64,000 nucleotides of DNA from Squalus acanthias. Its lineage: Eukaryota. Below are positions 11,624 through 23,945 of this stretch, piece after piece (position 1 is the first letter of the stretch; each line of letters opens with the position of its first letter). Made by a program: the position numbers and the translations under genes. Location: positions 168,084,001-168,148,000 of the forward strand of contig CM059425.1 of assembly GCA_030390025.1 (NCBI GenBank), read 5' to 3'. Under the pieces are notes generated by a model. It searched no databases and was not told where the DNA came from. It saw only the letters and a program-made list of their open reading frames with translations.

Positions 11624-12520
11624 GGGGGGAATTTTAACCTAAAAAACAGGTGGGTTGGGGGTGTGGGGGTAGTTAAAGTGTTAAAAATGTGAATCCTGCC
11701 TGAACCCGCCCACTTCTGGTTTTAACGGAGGCGGGACGGGAGGCAGGCAGCCAATCTGCTGCCAGGAGGCAGGCCGTCTATTTAAATATTATAATGAAGC
11801 CGGAAGCCTCTTCTTTAACCTCCATTTTGTATTTAACTTTAGTTGGTCGAGTTTTGCAAGCCTCGTGAAACCCGCCAGCTAAAGCTAGGTAAGGACTGCT
11901 GGATCCAGGTGGTAAGTGCCTTTACCCTTACCTCCTGAATCCAGGGTCCCTGCCTAACCCAACCCCCTGTGATCAGAGACCCCGCCCCCAAGAGGCCTGC
12001 GATCACTCCCCAGGCCTCCAATTCCTCCCTGGCCTCCCAAACCCCCCAGGCCTCCAATTCCGTGCCGCCCTGCGCCCCGCCCTGCGCCCCCCCCCCGCCC
12101 CCCCCAGCCTCTGATCCCCCCACGAGGCCTCGCCCAACCCCCAGGCCTCTGATCCCCCAACGAGGCCTCCCCCCACCGATCCTCCAGGCTGACCCCGATC
12201 TTTTCGTGATCCCACCTCCGCTCCTCCAGGTTGCCCCGATCTTTTCAGACCCTCCCTCCCCCTCTCCTCCGGCCGGCCCCCACGCGATCCCTCCCTCCCT
12301 CCCTCCTCTCTGTGGCCTAGTGCTGCAGGCCTACCCACCCGGAGCCAGCCAGCCTCTCAACCTGGCTGGCTGGGAGTGGGAAACAGAGGCTTCCCATTCA
12401 ACTCAGGCCCTGTTGTTAAATTCAGCAGGGCCTGCAGGAAACCCGTTCTCCCGGGTTTCCCGACTGCCTTGGAGCCCCCCCATACACCCCCAACCTACCT
12501 TCCCCATTAAAATTTAGCCC
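11624..12520. mobile_element. Harbinger-type MITE with an internal C-rich minisatellite
   Basis: TIRs GGGGGGAATTTTAA and TTAAAATTTAGCCC, ATG TSD on both sides. Repeats of GATCCCCC..AGGCCTC at about 11970-12290. Confidence 0.85.
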
Positions 12521-13929
12521 ATGGTTTCCAAAAACTCCCTCATCATATGATTTCTACATGACACTAAGGGTCAATTTTAACCCAAAGCGGGTTTCGGGGA
12601 GTAGGGACGAGTGTGGTGCACACTCACTGGCCTAAATTTCAAGCTGGGCTATTTTAACTCCCGGGTCTTATTTAAATGCCACTGATCCACTTCCACCCAG
12701 AATGGGCAGGAAGTGGTTGCTGGCAGGCAATGATTGCGTAGGCCTTGGCTCTCTGCCAGCTTCTAGGCAAGTGGCAAGGAGTGGGTGTTGGGAGGATCTC
12801 AGAGGATTCAAGGTGCAGTCCGGGGCGGGGGAGGCCACAAATCCTTATAATCTCAATGATCTTATGAAAGGCACGGTTCTCACATTTTATTTTGAACCCA
12901 CACACATATTGGCAGCCCATAGTGGGCAATTATAGATACTGAATACTGGACTGCTTCAAAGTTAATCTTGGGCAAGCTCCTGAAAATATTGGCAGGATCT
13001 GGTAATTACCATATTTAATTGGCTAGAACAACTTGCCATTCAATCAGCTTCCAGTTTACAACTGTATGTGATTAACTTGTCACTATACAATTTGTTTATA
13101 CAGCATATGTTTGGCTTGCATCAATGATTTATAGTTGGCGGATTATTCCTTCACTGGAACTTTGTTGGAGAAAAGAGCTGTTTTTTTCTTCTTTGTAAGT
13201 CACCTCCTTCTGAAATGTGTCGTGCTCATTTTCATTTATGTTAAAGACATGAAATAATCGAATGTGTTTCAAAATTTCAGACTGCTTCCAACGGTGCCAG
13301 CTTCATGTCACTGCCGTCTCTCACCCTCTCTCACCCAATCTGTGCTGGCACACTTGCTTGCAATCAGCAAAATACAAAGTAAAAATTCATTTAAACTTCA
13401 AAAATGTATCAAAACATTTTACTTTATCCAATTACTCATCACTTATATTGTAGAAATAGGATACGCCCAGGGAGTTGATGGTTTACACTGAATAAAGCAT
13501 TTGTGGTGAGGCTATCATAAATAATTGGTACCTGCCACTGGTTCCACATTTTCTGTAAAACTCTAATCCCTGATGTTTATTCTCTATTTATACAACTCAT
13601 CAGCTGCCCCTTTTCAACAGGGGGTTTCAACCAGTACTTTAATGATACTATTGGAACCTTTTAGGCTAACGAGACATGTTATGCTGTGGAGCCGTGGCAC
13701 AGAGTGCAGGGCAGGGCAATTATGACCAAAACAAATCACTTATGAAATTGAACAGCACAAGTTTATTCAGTTTATTTTCTACAATTCCCCTCCTGCCTGC
13801 AGAGTATAAATACATTTCTGTACTAAGAAGTGCAAATGTTATTAACTGTTTCCATCCTATTTGAAGTCCAGCAGATGTTAACGAGCCTGGAGTTATAAAG
13901 ATAACTACTAAAATTATTTAAAAGTATTT

Positions 13930-14822
13930 GGGGGAAAAATTCAGTCGCGCCCCGTTTGGGGCGCAAATATCGTCCGGGCGCAAAAATTAGCGCCTGGCGC
14001 TAATTATCGCCACTGACTGGAAACTTGACTTTTAACGCCCCGGGAGGTGAGTGGAGCGCTAAATCAGGCGCTGCACACCTGTCTTAAGGCGCAAAGGCCG
14101 AGGAGTGAGGCGCTAACTCAGAGCGCTGGCGAAGCTCATGTAATGTCAGTCAGCAATGGAACACACACACAATGGCACGGGCCAGTTCTTAAAGGGGATG
14201 GTTAATCTTGCTTTCCATCCACATCCTACTCATTGCAGCCTTGAATCTCGGCCTGGAGAGACTTGCACATCAAATGTGCTGGAAAGAACAATTGAGAGTA
14301 CCAGGCAAAGAGCTCAGAGTGCAGCCCCCACAGTCTCTGCTAAATCAATACAAGGAATGGCAAATCAAAATGAACCTGCAAAGTGCTGCTCAGTACCCAA
14401 AACTCCTTCACACAACGTTGAATCTCTCCAGAAGTCTCTCCCTCTCTCTCTCAGAATGCGTAGTTCAAAAATGGCACCAACAATAAAAGGCAGGAAGCGG
14501 TCACCTTTAAATAGCGCTCCCCCTTTCCCTTCATGACTGCAGAACGCTCCCCTCAACCTGTCGTTGCTAGCGTCAGGCGGTAAGGCAAGGGGCGCCACTC
14601 AATATCCGCTCCGGGGCGATACCGGGGCGTTGCACACTCGAGTGACGTCATGATCTGCCGGCGCAGGAGATCGTGGCGGTAGTGTTTAGCGCCGCCGCAA
14701 AATGTCTAGTTAATTTCGCGAGCGGCGCAAACTTCGCCGCGCCCGGGCGCTAGATGCTTTGCGCCCCATTAGCGTCCTCTTAAGGCGCTAACGGGAGGCG
14801 CAACCAACTGAATTTTTCCCCC
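13930..14822. mobile_element. GC-rich Harbinger-type MITE (893 bp)
   Basis: Perfect 16-bp TIR GGGGGAAAAATTCAGT and TTT TSD. Ends homologous to 9305-10051, interior different. Confidence 0.92.
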
Positions 14823-15189
14823 TTTAAGTTTTACTGCATTAAACGGCGATATATAAATGCAAGTTGTTGTTGTTGTAAAAGACACATATCGCATCAGAGA
14901 CAAGGGTCCTATTCTGACTTCTATGGGCAGAAATTCCAAGGCTCTACTTCCAGCATCAGAGCCTCAGAACTTCTACTCTTCAGTTTCTTTCAACCAAAGT
15001 GATTTTTGAGGCCTTCTATTGAAATCAATAGAAATAAAAATCAGGCAGGCAATCCACACCACCAGTTTACAGCCCAGGCTGCCTCCAATGTGTCTGAATA
15101 TTACATGTACATGTTATCATACCCACTATGGGCTATTTACTGACACTTGAGTGTCATCTGAACATCTTCCCACTTCTTTTACTCAGCTT

Positions 15190-16270
15190 GCAGGAGACAG
15201 CCCATAACGACCAGAAGAGAACTTTAGACATCTAGGGGGAAAAATTTGGTTGCTTTGCGCCTCCCGTTAGCCCCCTAAGAGGGTGCTAACGAGGCACAAA
15301 GCAACTAGCGCCTGGGCGCGGCGCCGCCAACGCCTCCCACGAAATTCAACGGGAGGTTAGCGGCGGCGGTAACCGTTAGCGCCCCGCTCGCGCCCTGGCC
15401 GCGATCTTCGGTAGCACCCCCTGACTTACCGCCGGACGCTATGTCCGACGGGGTCAGGGGGGCCTACCCGTGGCCGGGACGGCGCTATTTAAAGGTGAGG
15501 TGCCGGGTGGCCATTTTTGTTGCCGTCCCTGGCCTCCTGACTCGCCCCCCCAGGAAGTGCCGGCTGCGCTCCATGAGCCCGGCACTTCTCTTGTGTGCCG
15601 GGCTCTTTTGCCGGCACTCCAATCCCCAGTGGCCCAGCTGGGCCCCGGGTCGCGCTGCGCAAGGCCCCTGCCCTTTAAGAAGGGCAGGAAGGCCTGCAAT
15701 ACCGCTGCGCGATATTCCCTCGCAGCGCCCCAAGAGGGAGGCGGAGCACTTCTAGTAGCGCCCCGCTTCCCTCTTGGGGCGCTACCACACAATTTCGTCC
15801 GCGGGGGTGCTAATTTTTCCGGGGCACTAAAAGTAGCACCCCGGCGAAGTTAGCACCCCAAAGGGGGCGCGACTCAATTTTTCCCCCCTAACCCCATGTG
15901 AGGAAGAAGCCCTCAATATCCTGGAGGCCATAGTGGGTACCAGTAATGGGGAAGTATGGAGCTTGCTGCCAGATGAGGGTTGATTATGAACCTCTGCTGT
16001 TCCTTCTTCCCATCTTCTATCCTCTAATTCACTTACTTCCAGCAAATGATGTACTGAAGCACTTGACCTTGCCAATCCTTCTACTTGCTTTCCTCTTCTC
16101 TTTCGCCTGGTGTGCCAAAGGAAGGTATGCCAGGCCCCATTACATCTGGCCATGCCAGAACATACCATCATTCACTTCCTCCCTCCCAAACACCAGATCA
16201 GATATGTCCATCCCAGGGAACTTTGCTTCCTGCCTACATTAAATTCAGTATTGGAAATGCATGGTGCACA
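15190..16270. mobile_element. Possible old Harbinger remnant that hosts the 15235 MITE
   Basis: Joining the MITE flanks gives HLTPCEEEALNIL, resembling the LTPxEExAL motif of Harbinger Myb-partner proteins. Confidence 0.35.
15235..15887. mobile_element. GC-rich Harbinger-type MITE (653 bp)
   Basis: TIR GGGGGAAAAATT and CTA TSD. Inverted homologue of 9305-10051. Confidence 0.92.
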
Positions 16271-16349
16271 AAATAGATGAAGAAGCTGGTGTGACTGAAC
16301 TCCATAGTTCAATTGGTAACACCCACCTGAAAATCAGGCAGTACCTATT

Positions 16350-16555
16350 GAAAAATCTACCTCACAATTCTATTATCCGTCCAATAAAAAAAGTTCTGCC
16401 AGACTTTCCTTTTACTCCTAATTATTAGCTTGTATCCCAGATATTTATACCTTTCACCATAGTGAATAATTGTCCTAAATAAACTTTGGTCAATTGAAAA
16501 CTTAATTTTTTTCTGAAGGGGATTCTTAACAGAACCTCCTCGTAAGACACCTGAA
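16350..16555 (-). mobile_element. Very old CR1 RT C-terminal remnant
   Basis: VSYEEVLLRI...FTMVKGI and QNFF...RIVR resemble LSYEERL...YKILRGI...RRNFFTQRVV. Confidence 0.5.
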
Positions 16556-17863
16556 TATTTTCTGTACTGATGCAAATATGAAGTGACATGTATATATTGC
16601 CTGACCTTAATGTACTAATCTAAAAAGACATTTACAGATGAAAAAAATAAATTGGACATTTGTTTAGTGAGAATGGAGTCGCTCCATTTTAACTGCTCGC
16701 CCACATTTTTCCCCACCAATCAGGGACAGTTAAAACTCCCCTTTAGTGTTTTATTTTGAGACTGTTTTTTTTTTACAGTTTTCTTGTTGAATTTGTTTTC
16801 TTTGCCAACACTTAGTTGATCAAGAGGCTTTGTGCCATGTGTTTTGGCATTCCAATTATTTGGAGCATTTACAATATTAGCACAATAAGTTCCCACGTGG
16901 GAATTTCCCTTTACTTGTGTGTTTAATGAGAGGGAACGAGCAGGAACAACAGATGGATGCCCAGCAAGTCATGCTGCACCAGAGGAATACTGACCTACCT
17001 AGCAGTACCCTCACACCTTCACTTACAGGGAGGAGCACACCTACGTGGATTTGTCAAAACAACTTTAACTGCAGATGATCTGAATCACTATTGAAGCAGC
17101 AACATCTGTGCAATCTGCTGCATGGATGCTGGTATCTAAGGTACACCACAGGGCTGTCACTGATAGTGGCAGGAATGGTCGGCTGCAATCTCAAGTACTC
17201 TGCCTCTGTTTTCTTCCACTCTGCAATTCTGCCCTAAGTGAAAGTTTGCAAACATAACCACCATCACCACTGTCACTTCACCCACACCACCACCACTTTG
17301 CCAGGTATCAGACAGGGGATTTGAGTGTTGTGCTGCTCCATCTCTTGGCAACTGCCTTGGTTTCCTGCCTCAACATTTATTATGCCAGCTCCTGGGTATT
17401 TGTCAACCATTTTTGTTACTCAAACAGCCTTTGCAAAGGCTAAGATATATATATAAAAATATTAGAAGTCTTTTTGAAGACTGCCAACATCCATATCTGG
17501 CAATTTACATAATGACTACATCTCTTTGATTTTCTTAATCCTTTGTAATCAGCTCCTCCGCCTCTCCCAGTGAATTGCCAATGCTATGCCCGCTATGGGC
17601 CTGGAACTTCTATGAATGAAGCTGGCTCTGCATAAATAGGCATAATCAGCACACTAATAGTTAGGTAAGTCATCACCCATCTGATGCCCAATTCAAATAT
17701 TTATCATATGATGTCTTGAGTATGTTTCTTTCAAAAAATAACCTCATTCTGTTAGTTTTTCTGCCATTTTCAAAACAGACTCTTCCTAAAAGTTTTTTGT
17801 AGAACAAAAGTTGCAATTATTATCTGGTAAACTACCTTACAAGACATTTTACTGTGTCAGTAC

Positions 17864-17960
17864 TAAAAACAAAAACTGTTGAAAATTCAAAGCAGGTCAG
17901 TCAGTATCGGAGAGGGTTTTCAGTAGTTTAGCATTGCACGTGGGACCCTGCATTAGAACT
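17864..17960 (-). mobile_element. Degenerate Penelope-like terminus (family B)
   Basis: Minus strand reads AGTTCTAATGCAGGGTCCCACGTGCAATGCTAAACT...ACTGACTGACCTGCT, a decayed version of 38207-38300. Confidence 0.55.
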
Positions 17961-18782
17961 GCCTGCCCAAAAACTTACTAAAGGGACAACGACCCTTTTA
18001 ACAAGTGTGATGTCACCTAAAAAAAAGGGAATCCGAAATTAATATAGGAATCAACTTCCTCCCACGTCGTTCCAAAATGGATGATTACACAAGGTAAGTC
18101 AAAAGATTGGATTATAGGCAGGAAGGAAGATAGGAAGATCCAGAGTACGAGACCTGTAGTTGTACTGGAGGAGAAGAGAAACGGCTAAGTTCTAAGCATG
18201 CTAAGAGTACTGTAGCTCATAGCTCAGATGCCACAAAACAAGATATTCACCGTAGAATACCATGAGTGACATCGTCACATTATTAGACCCAGTCACGAAC
18301 AGTATTGCAGTGCAGCTGAATCTCTCCCCAGCCTCATCAATTCCAAGGAAAGGCTATCAAAAGATAGCTTAACGCTTCACCCTGTCATTTTGTGTGAGTC
18401 TGCACATAAGGATTTACATATTTCTAAATGGTTATTCAAATCAGTGGAAAAAACATCTTCCTCTGCAGAATTTAAATTTGTTTGGGAATGCAGCTCATTT
18501 CCAGCATTCTTTGTGGAAGCTTTTGATTAACTTTCTGTTGGGTTAAAACTGGTAGCCTTTGAATAATTCACTAAAGTTTGGTCCCTCATGTATTCTATCT
18601 GTGAGTTGCAGCATATTTTCAGTCTTATGACTGGCAAAGTTTTTCAAAGTAGCTCCAATATTATGAATTACATATAGTTTACAGGGTTCTATCCAATTTT
18701 ACCATGGTAATCTACGATAGGCATGTCCCCAGTATCATGCGAAAATCCTACTTGATGTTAAATAAGAGACTTCAACAATGGA

Positions 18783-21310
18783 CATAGAATCATGGAAATT
18801 TACGGCACAGAAGGAGGCCGTTCGGCCCATCGTGTCTGTGCCGGCCGAAAAACAGCTATCCAGCCTAATCCCACTTTCCAGCTCTTGGTCCGTAGGTTAC
18901 AGCACTTCAAGTGCATTTCCAAGTACTTTTTAAATGCGATGAGGGTTTCTGCCTCTACCACCCTTTCAAGCAGTGAGTTTCAGACCGCCACCACCCTCTG
19001 GGTGATAAAAGTTCTCCTGAACTCCCCTCTAATCCTTCGATTCATTACTTTAAATCTATACCCCCTCATTATTGACCTCTCTGCTAAGGGAATAGGTCCT
19101 TCATATCCACTCTATCAAGACCCCTCATAATTTTATACACCTCAATAAGTCTCCCCTCATCCTCCTTTGTTCCAAAGAAAACAACCCCAGCTTATGCAAT
19201 CTTTCCTCATGCCCAAAATTCTCTAATCGTGGCAACATCCTCGTAAATCTCATCCAGTCGTGAATGGTGATGGAGAATTAAACAACTAACGGGAGGCAGG
19301 GGCTCGATGAACATCCCCATCCTCAATGATGGTGGAGCCCAGCACGTGATTGCAAAAGACAAGGCTGACGTGTTCGCAACCATCTTCAGCCAGAAGTGCC
19401 AAGTGGATGATCCATATCGGCCTACTCCTGAGGTCCCCACCATCACAGAAACCAGTCTTCAGCCAATTCGATTCACTCTACGTGATATCAAGAAACGGCT
19501 GAGCGCACTGGATACAGCAAAGGCTGTGGGGCCCGACAAAATATCGGCTGTTGTACTGAAGACTTGTGCTCTAGAACTAGCTGCGCCAGTACAACACTGG
19601 CATCTAGCTGACAATGTGGAAAATTGCCCAGGTATGTCCTGTCCACAAAAAGCAGGACAAATCCAATCCAGCCAATTATTGCCCCATTAGTCTACTCTCA
19701 ATCATCAGCGAAGTGATGGAAGGTGTCATCGGCAGTGCTATCAAGCGGCACTTACTCACCAATAACCTGCTCACTGAGGCCCAGGTTGGGTTCCACCAAG
19801 ACCACTCGGCTCCCGACCTCATTACAGCCTTGGTCCAAACATGGACAAAAGAGCTGAATTCTACAGGTGAGGCAAGATTGACTGCCCTTGACATCAAGGC
19901 AGCATTTGACCGAGTGTGGCATCAAGGAGCCCTAGTAAAACTGAAGTCAATGGGAATCAGGGGGAAAGCTCTCCACTGGCTGGAGTCATACCTAGCACAA
20001 AGGAAGATGGTTGTGGTGATTGAAGGTCAATCATCTCAACCCCAGGACATCGCTGCAAGTGTTCCTCAGGGCACTGTCCTAGTCCCAACCATCTTCAGCT
20101 GCTTCATCAATGACCTTCCCTCCATCATAAGGTCTGATGATTGCACAGTGCTCAGTGCCATTCACAACTCCTCAGATAATGAAGCAGTCTGTGCCCATAA
20201 GCAGCAAGACCTGGATGGCATTCAGGCTTGGGCTGATAAGTGGCAAATAACATTTGCGCTACACAAGTGCTAGGCAATGACTATCTCCAACAAGAGAGAA
20301 TCTAACCACCGCCCCTTGACATTCAACAGCATTACCATTGCTGAATCCCCCACCATCAACATCCTGGGGGGGTCACCATTAATCAGATACTTAACTGGAC
20401 CAGCCCCATAAATACTATGGCTACAAGAGCAGGTCAGAGGCTGGGTATTCTGCGGCAAGTGTCTCACCTCCTGACTCCCCAAAGGCTTTCCACCATCTAC
20501 AAGGCACAAGTCAGGAGCTTGAGGGAATACTCTCCACTTGCCAAAATGAGTGCAGCTCCAACAACACTCAAGAAGCTCGACACCATTCAGGACAAATCAG
20601 CCCGCTTGATTGGCACCCCATCACTCCCTCCACCACCAGCGCACTGTGGCTGCAGTGTGTACCATCTACAAGATGCACTGCAGCAACTCGCCAAGGCTTC
20701 TTCGACAGCACCTCCCAAACCCATGACCTCTACCACCTAGAAGGACAAGGGCAGCAGGCGCATGGGAACACCATCACCTACAAGTTCCCCTCCAAGTTAC
20801 ACCATCCTGACTTGGAAATATATTGCAGTTCCTTCATAGTCACCGGGTCAAAATCCTGGAACTCCCTCCCTAACAGCACTGTGGGAATACCTTCACCACA
20901 TGGGCTATAGCGGTTCAAGAAGGCAGCTCATCATCACCTTCTCAAGGGCAATTAGGGATGGGTAATAAATGCTGGCCTTGTCTACGATGCTCACATCCCA
21001 TGAACGAATAAAATAAAAGTCTCCTCTCTACCCTCTCTAGTGCAATCACATCTTTCCTGTAATGTGGTGAGCAGAACTGCATGCAGTACTCTAACTGTGG
21101 CCTAACTAGTGTTTTATACAGTTAAAGCATAACCTCCCTGCTCTTATATTCCATTGTCGGCTAATAAAGGAAAGTATCCCGTATGTATTCTTAACCACCT
21201 TATCTACTTGTCCTGTTACCTTCAGGGATCTGTGGACATGCACTCTAAGGTCCTTCTGTTCCTCTACACTTCTCAGTATCCAACCATTTATTGTGTATTC
21301 CCTTGCCTTG
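18783..21310 (-). mobile_element. CR1 3' fragment (18783-19251 plus about 21014-21310) split by a second LINE
   Basis: CATAGAAT tail and CR1 3' UTR. Host sequence GGCAACATCCTCGTAAATCTC resumes as CTCCTCTCTACCCTCTCTAG after the insertion. Confidence 0.85.
19252..21018 (+). mobile_element. 5'-truncated CR1-group LINE (family B), disrupted reverse transcriptase
   Basis: RT motifs WKIAQVCPVHKK, NYCPISLLS, LDIKAAFDRVWH and VPQGTVL, with the YADD-equivalent region partly deleted. Frameshifts and an A-rich 3' end. Confidence 0.93.
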
Positions 21311-22984
21311 CATCAACACATGTGGTACACATTTATATTTTCATTAGTTATAGTATAGTATTACTCAATGCACAATTCAAATATTTTGCAGGGAATGATG
21401 ATGAAACAACTTATGATTAGCTTAACAAAATGAATAATAAAGGCTATGGGGAGCAAGCAAGAGATGGAATAAGACTAGGTGGCTCACGTTAAAAAAAGGC
21501 ACAGCCACAGACTTCATGGGCCAAATGTTTCTGTTTTGTAATGTCTGTGAGTCTCAGTTTTCTCCAAGAAGTGTATTTGATAGTTACCATGCTGTTTAAC
21601 AAGTAAATGTTTCCACCAATCTACACATTTTATGAATATCAAAACTGGATTTGCATCTTTACATTCCAGAGTGAATATTTTCAATGATTATAACCAGCTA
21701 ACCTTGAACTTTCTAATTCCTAGCTGTTTTAAATCTTTTAAAATTCCACACCCATTTATTTCTTTCAGTAAGTTTCACTACATGCTACTTGATGCTCGCT
21801 AGTTGGCTGACTTAAATGGTTTCATTTCTAGCTTAGTGGAGTAGCCTCATTATTCCATTTCGTTTTCTTGGAATTGGAAACATTTTGTTGATTATAGCTC
21901 CAATTGAAATATGTTTGGGCATCAGAGGCAGAGACTTGTTGTCTTGGCCTGAAATCAGTAACCCACAATGCCTGGAGCCAACATCCTGTTCAGCTTGAAG
22001 TAGAAGGCAATCAGTGGTTGGCATCTCTTCCCATTGCCCTATTTACACGTAATCAATGCTCTGCCAGCTAGTTTCATATTTTCAAAAGTTCTCATGTATG
22101 TGTAAATTCATAAAAGCTCATGAGTACTGTCGGTTACAAAAAAGTTTGTTGGCCATTCATTGAACTAAATCTTCAAAATCTGTCAACACATTTCTGATCT
22201 TCATCACTAAATAGTATATAAACTACCCTAACCATCATCTCATGACATTCAAAGAATTAAGAGTATGAAATACTATTGTTCGTCTTACTGTACAAATCCT
22301 CAATATGTTACTACCAAATTCTTCTGTTATTTCAACAGAGACGTTAACGATTATTTTAAAACGGGTTAGTGCCCAAGAGAAAAATCCAGTATTAGCATGT
22401 TGAGTGCACCATAACATCACTCGCTGTAATCTTCAGTCAATGAAACAAGAAAACTAGTTAGCAGTCAACAGTAAATTTGCTGATGAACGATAACTTGACA
22501 AAGAAACTAAGGAGTCATTTTCTGAATTCATGCTGCTGTGGGGAGCCACTCCCACCAGAAGCACTATCTGCAAAGATTGGCCCCTAGGTTCTCACTCCAA
22601 CATGTACTTTGAGAAGGAAACTACTTGGAACCAGAGTGAAAATGTGAGTAGGTCAAAAGTGCTTTGATTTAGAGTTAAACCGGATATAGAGAAACTTCTG
22701 ATTCCTTTGTCATTCTAACCTACAGTGAGAGAGTGGGGCATAAAGAGTGTGAATTTACTCCTGTCAGTTGTCACACCAGCCATACCCAACTAGGAGTTCT
22801 GGTTACTTCTGAAATTCAGAGCACCAGTGAGTTTGCAGCCACTACATGCGAGTGCACAGACAGTAGTATTCCAGGTTCTAGGGGGAAAAAAATTACAAAG
22901 GGTTTAAATTTCTCCTTGCAACCAATGATATGATCCAGTAAAATTCTTTTGGCTGCTCTAACACAATTGTTATTTTTTTTTACT

Positions 22985-23945
22985 TTAAATGGATTCAGGG
23001 CTGCATTGGAGGGAATCTTGTGACAGGGCTAGTGATTAGTTGGGAGGTAGTAGAGAGTAGGGATAAACTATGATAGCAGGATGTGACAAGTGGTGTTCCC
23101 CAGAGATCTGTACTGGGGCCTTAGCTTTTTACCATACATATTCATGACTTGGATGAAGGGATAGAGGGTTGTATATCCAAGTTTGCAGTTGACACTAAGT
23201 TAGAAGGTACAGTAAGTTGTGTAGATGGGAGCAGGAAGTTACAAAGGGACAAAGGTAGACTAAATGAGCTGGCAAAACTATGGTAGATGGAGTTCAATAT
23301 GAGGAAGTGTGAGGTCATCCACTTTGGATCTGAATATTTTCTTAAATGGTGAGAGACTAGGAGCTGTAGAGGAGTAAAGGGATTTAGGTGCCCATGTACA
23401 CAAATCACTAAAAACTAGTGCATAGGCACAAAAAAAATCAAAGAGGCTAATGGAATGTTGGCCTTTAGCTCAAGGCAGCTGGAACACAAAAGTTGTACAG
23501 AGCCTGGGTCAGACCCCATCTGGAATACTGGGCATCGAACCTCAGGAAGGTTGGCCTTGGAAGGGGTACAGCCAGGGTGCACGGCCCCTTTAAGGGGCTG
23601 CGCGGCCCATTCAAAATACCACGCATGCGCGGTTTTTCCCATTTTAAAAGTCAGTGAGCTGGCTGCGTGGGAGCTCCAGAACGCTGCACGGCTGCGCAAA
23701 TTAAAAGGGAACATTGGGTACAGTGCAGATTCACCAGAATGATACCCGGGTTAAAGGGCTGAATTGTGAGGACAGGTTGCATAAACTTGGCTTGTATTCC
23801 CTGGAGTTTAGAAAGTTGTGGGGTGATCTAAACGAGATATTTAAAATGATTAAAGAATTCAATAGGGTAGATACAAAGACATTATTTCCACTGGTGGGGG
23901 AATCCAGAACACGAGGACATAATCTTAATAATTAGAGTTAGGCCA
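22985..23945 (+). mobile_element. Degenerate CR1 RT fragment
   Basis: Remnants VTSGVPQ.SVLGP, SKFAVDTKL and LGLYSLEFRKLWGDLNEIFK...ESRTRGHNL. Confidence 0.85.
23573..23716. mobile_element. 144-bp hAT-like non-autonomous element inserted in CR1
   Basis: 8-bp TSD GGTACAGC (23565-23572) and GGTACAGT (23717-23724). Right end AGGGAACATTG; the left TIR is poor. Confidence 0.65.

Noticed and set aside
11969..12517. 182-aa proline-rich ORF
   Set aside because: Translation of a C-rich minisatellite inside a MITE.
16357..16575. 72-aa minus-strand ORF as a host exon
   Set aside because: Better explained as a decayed CR1 RT C-terminus spread across frames.
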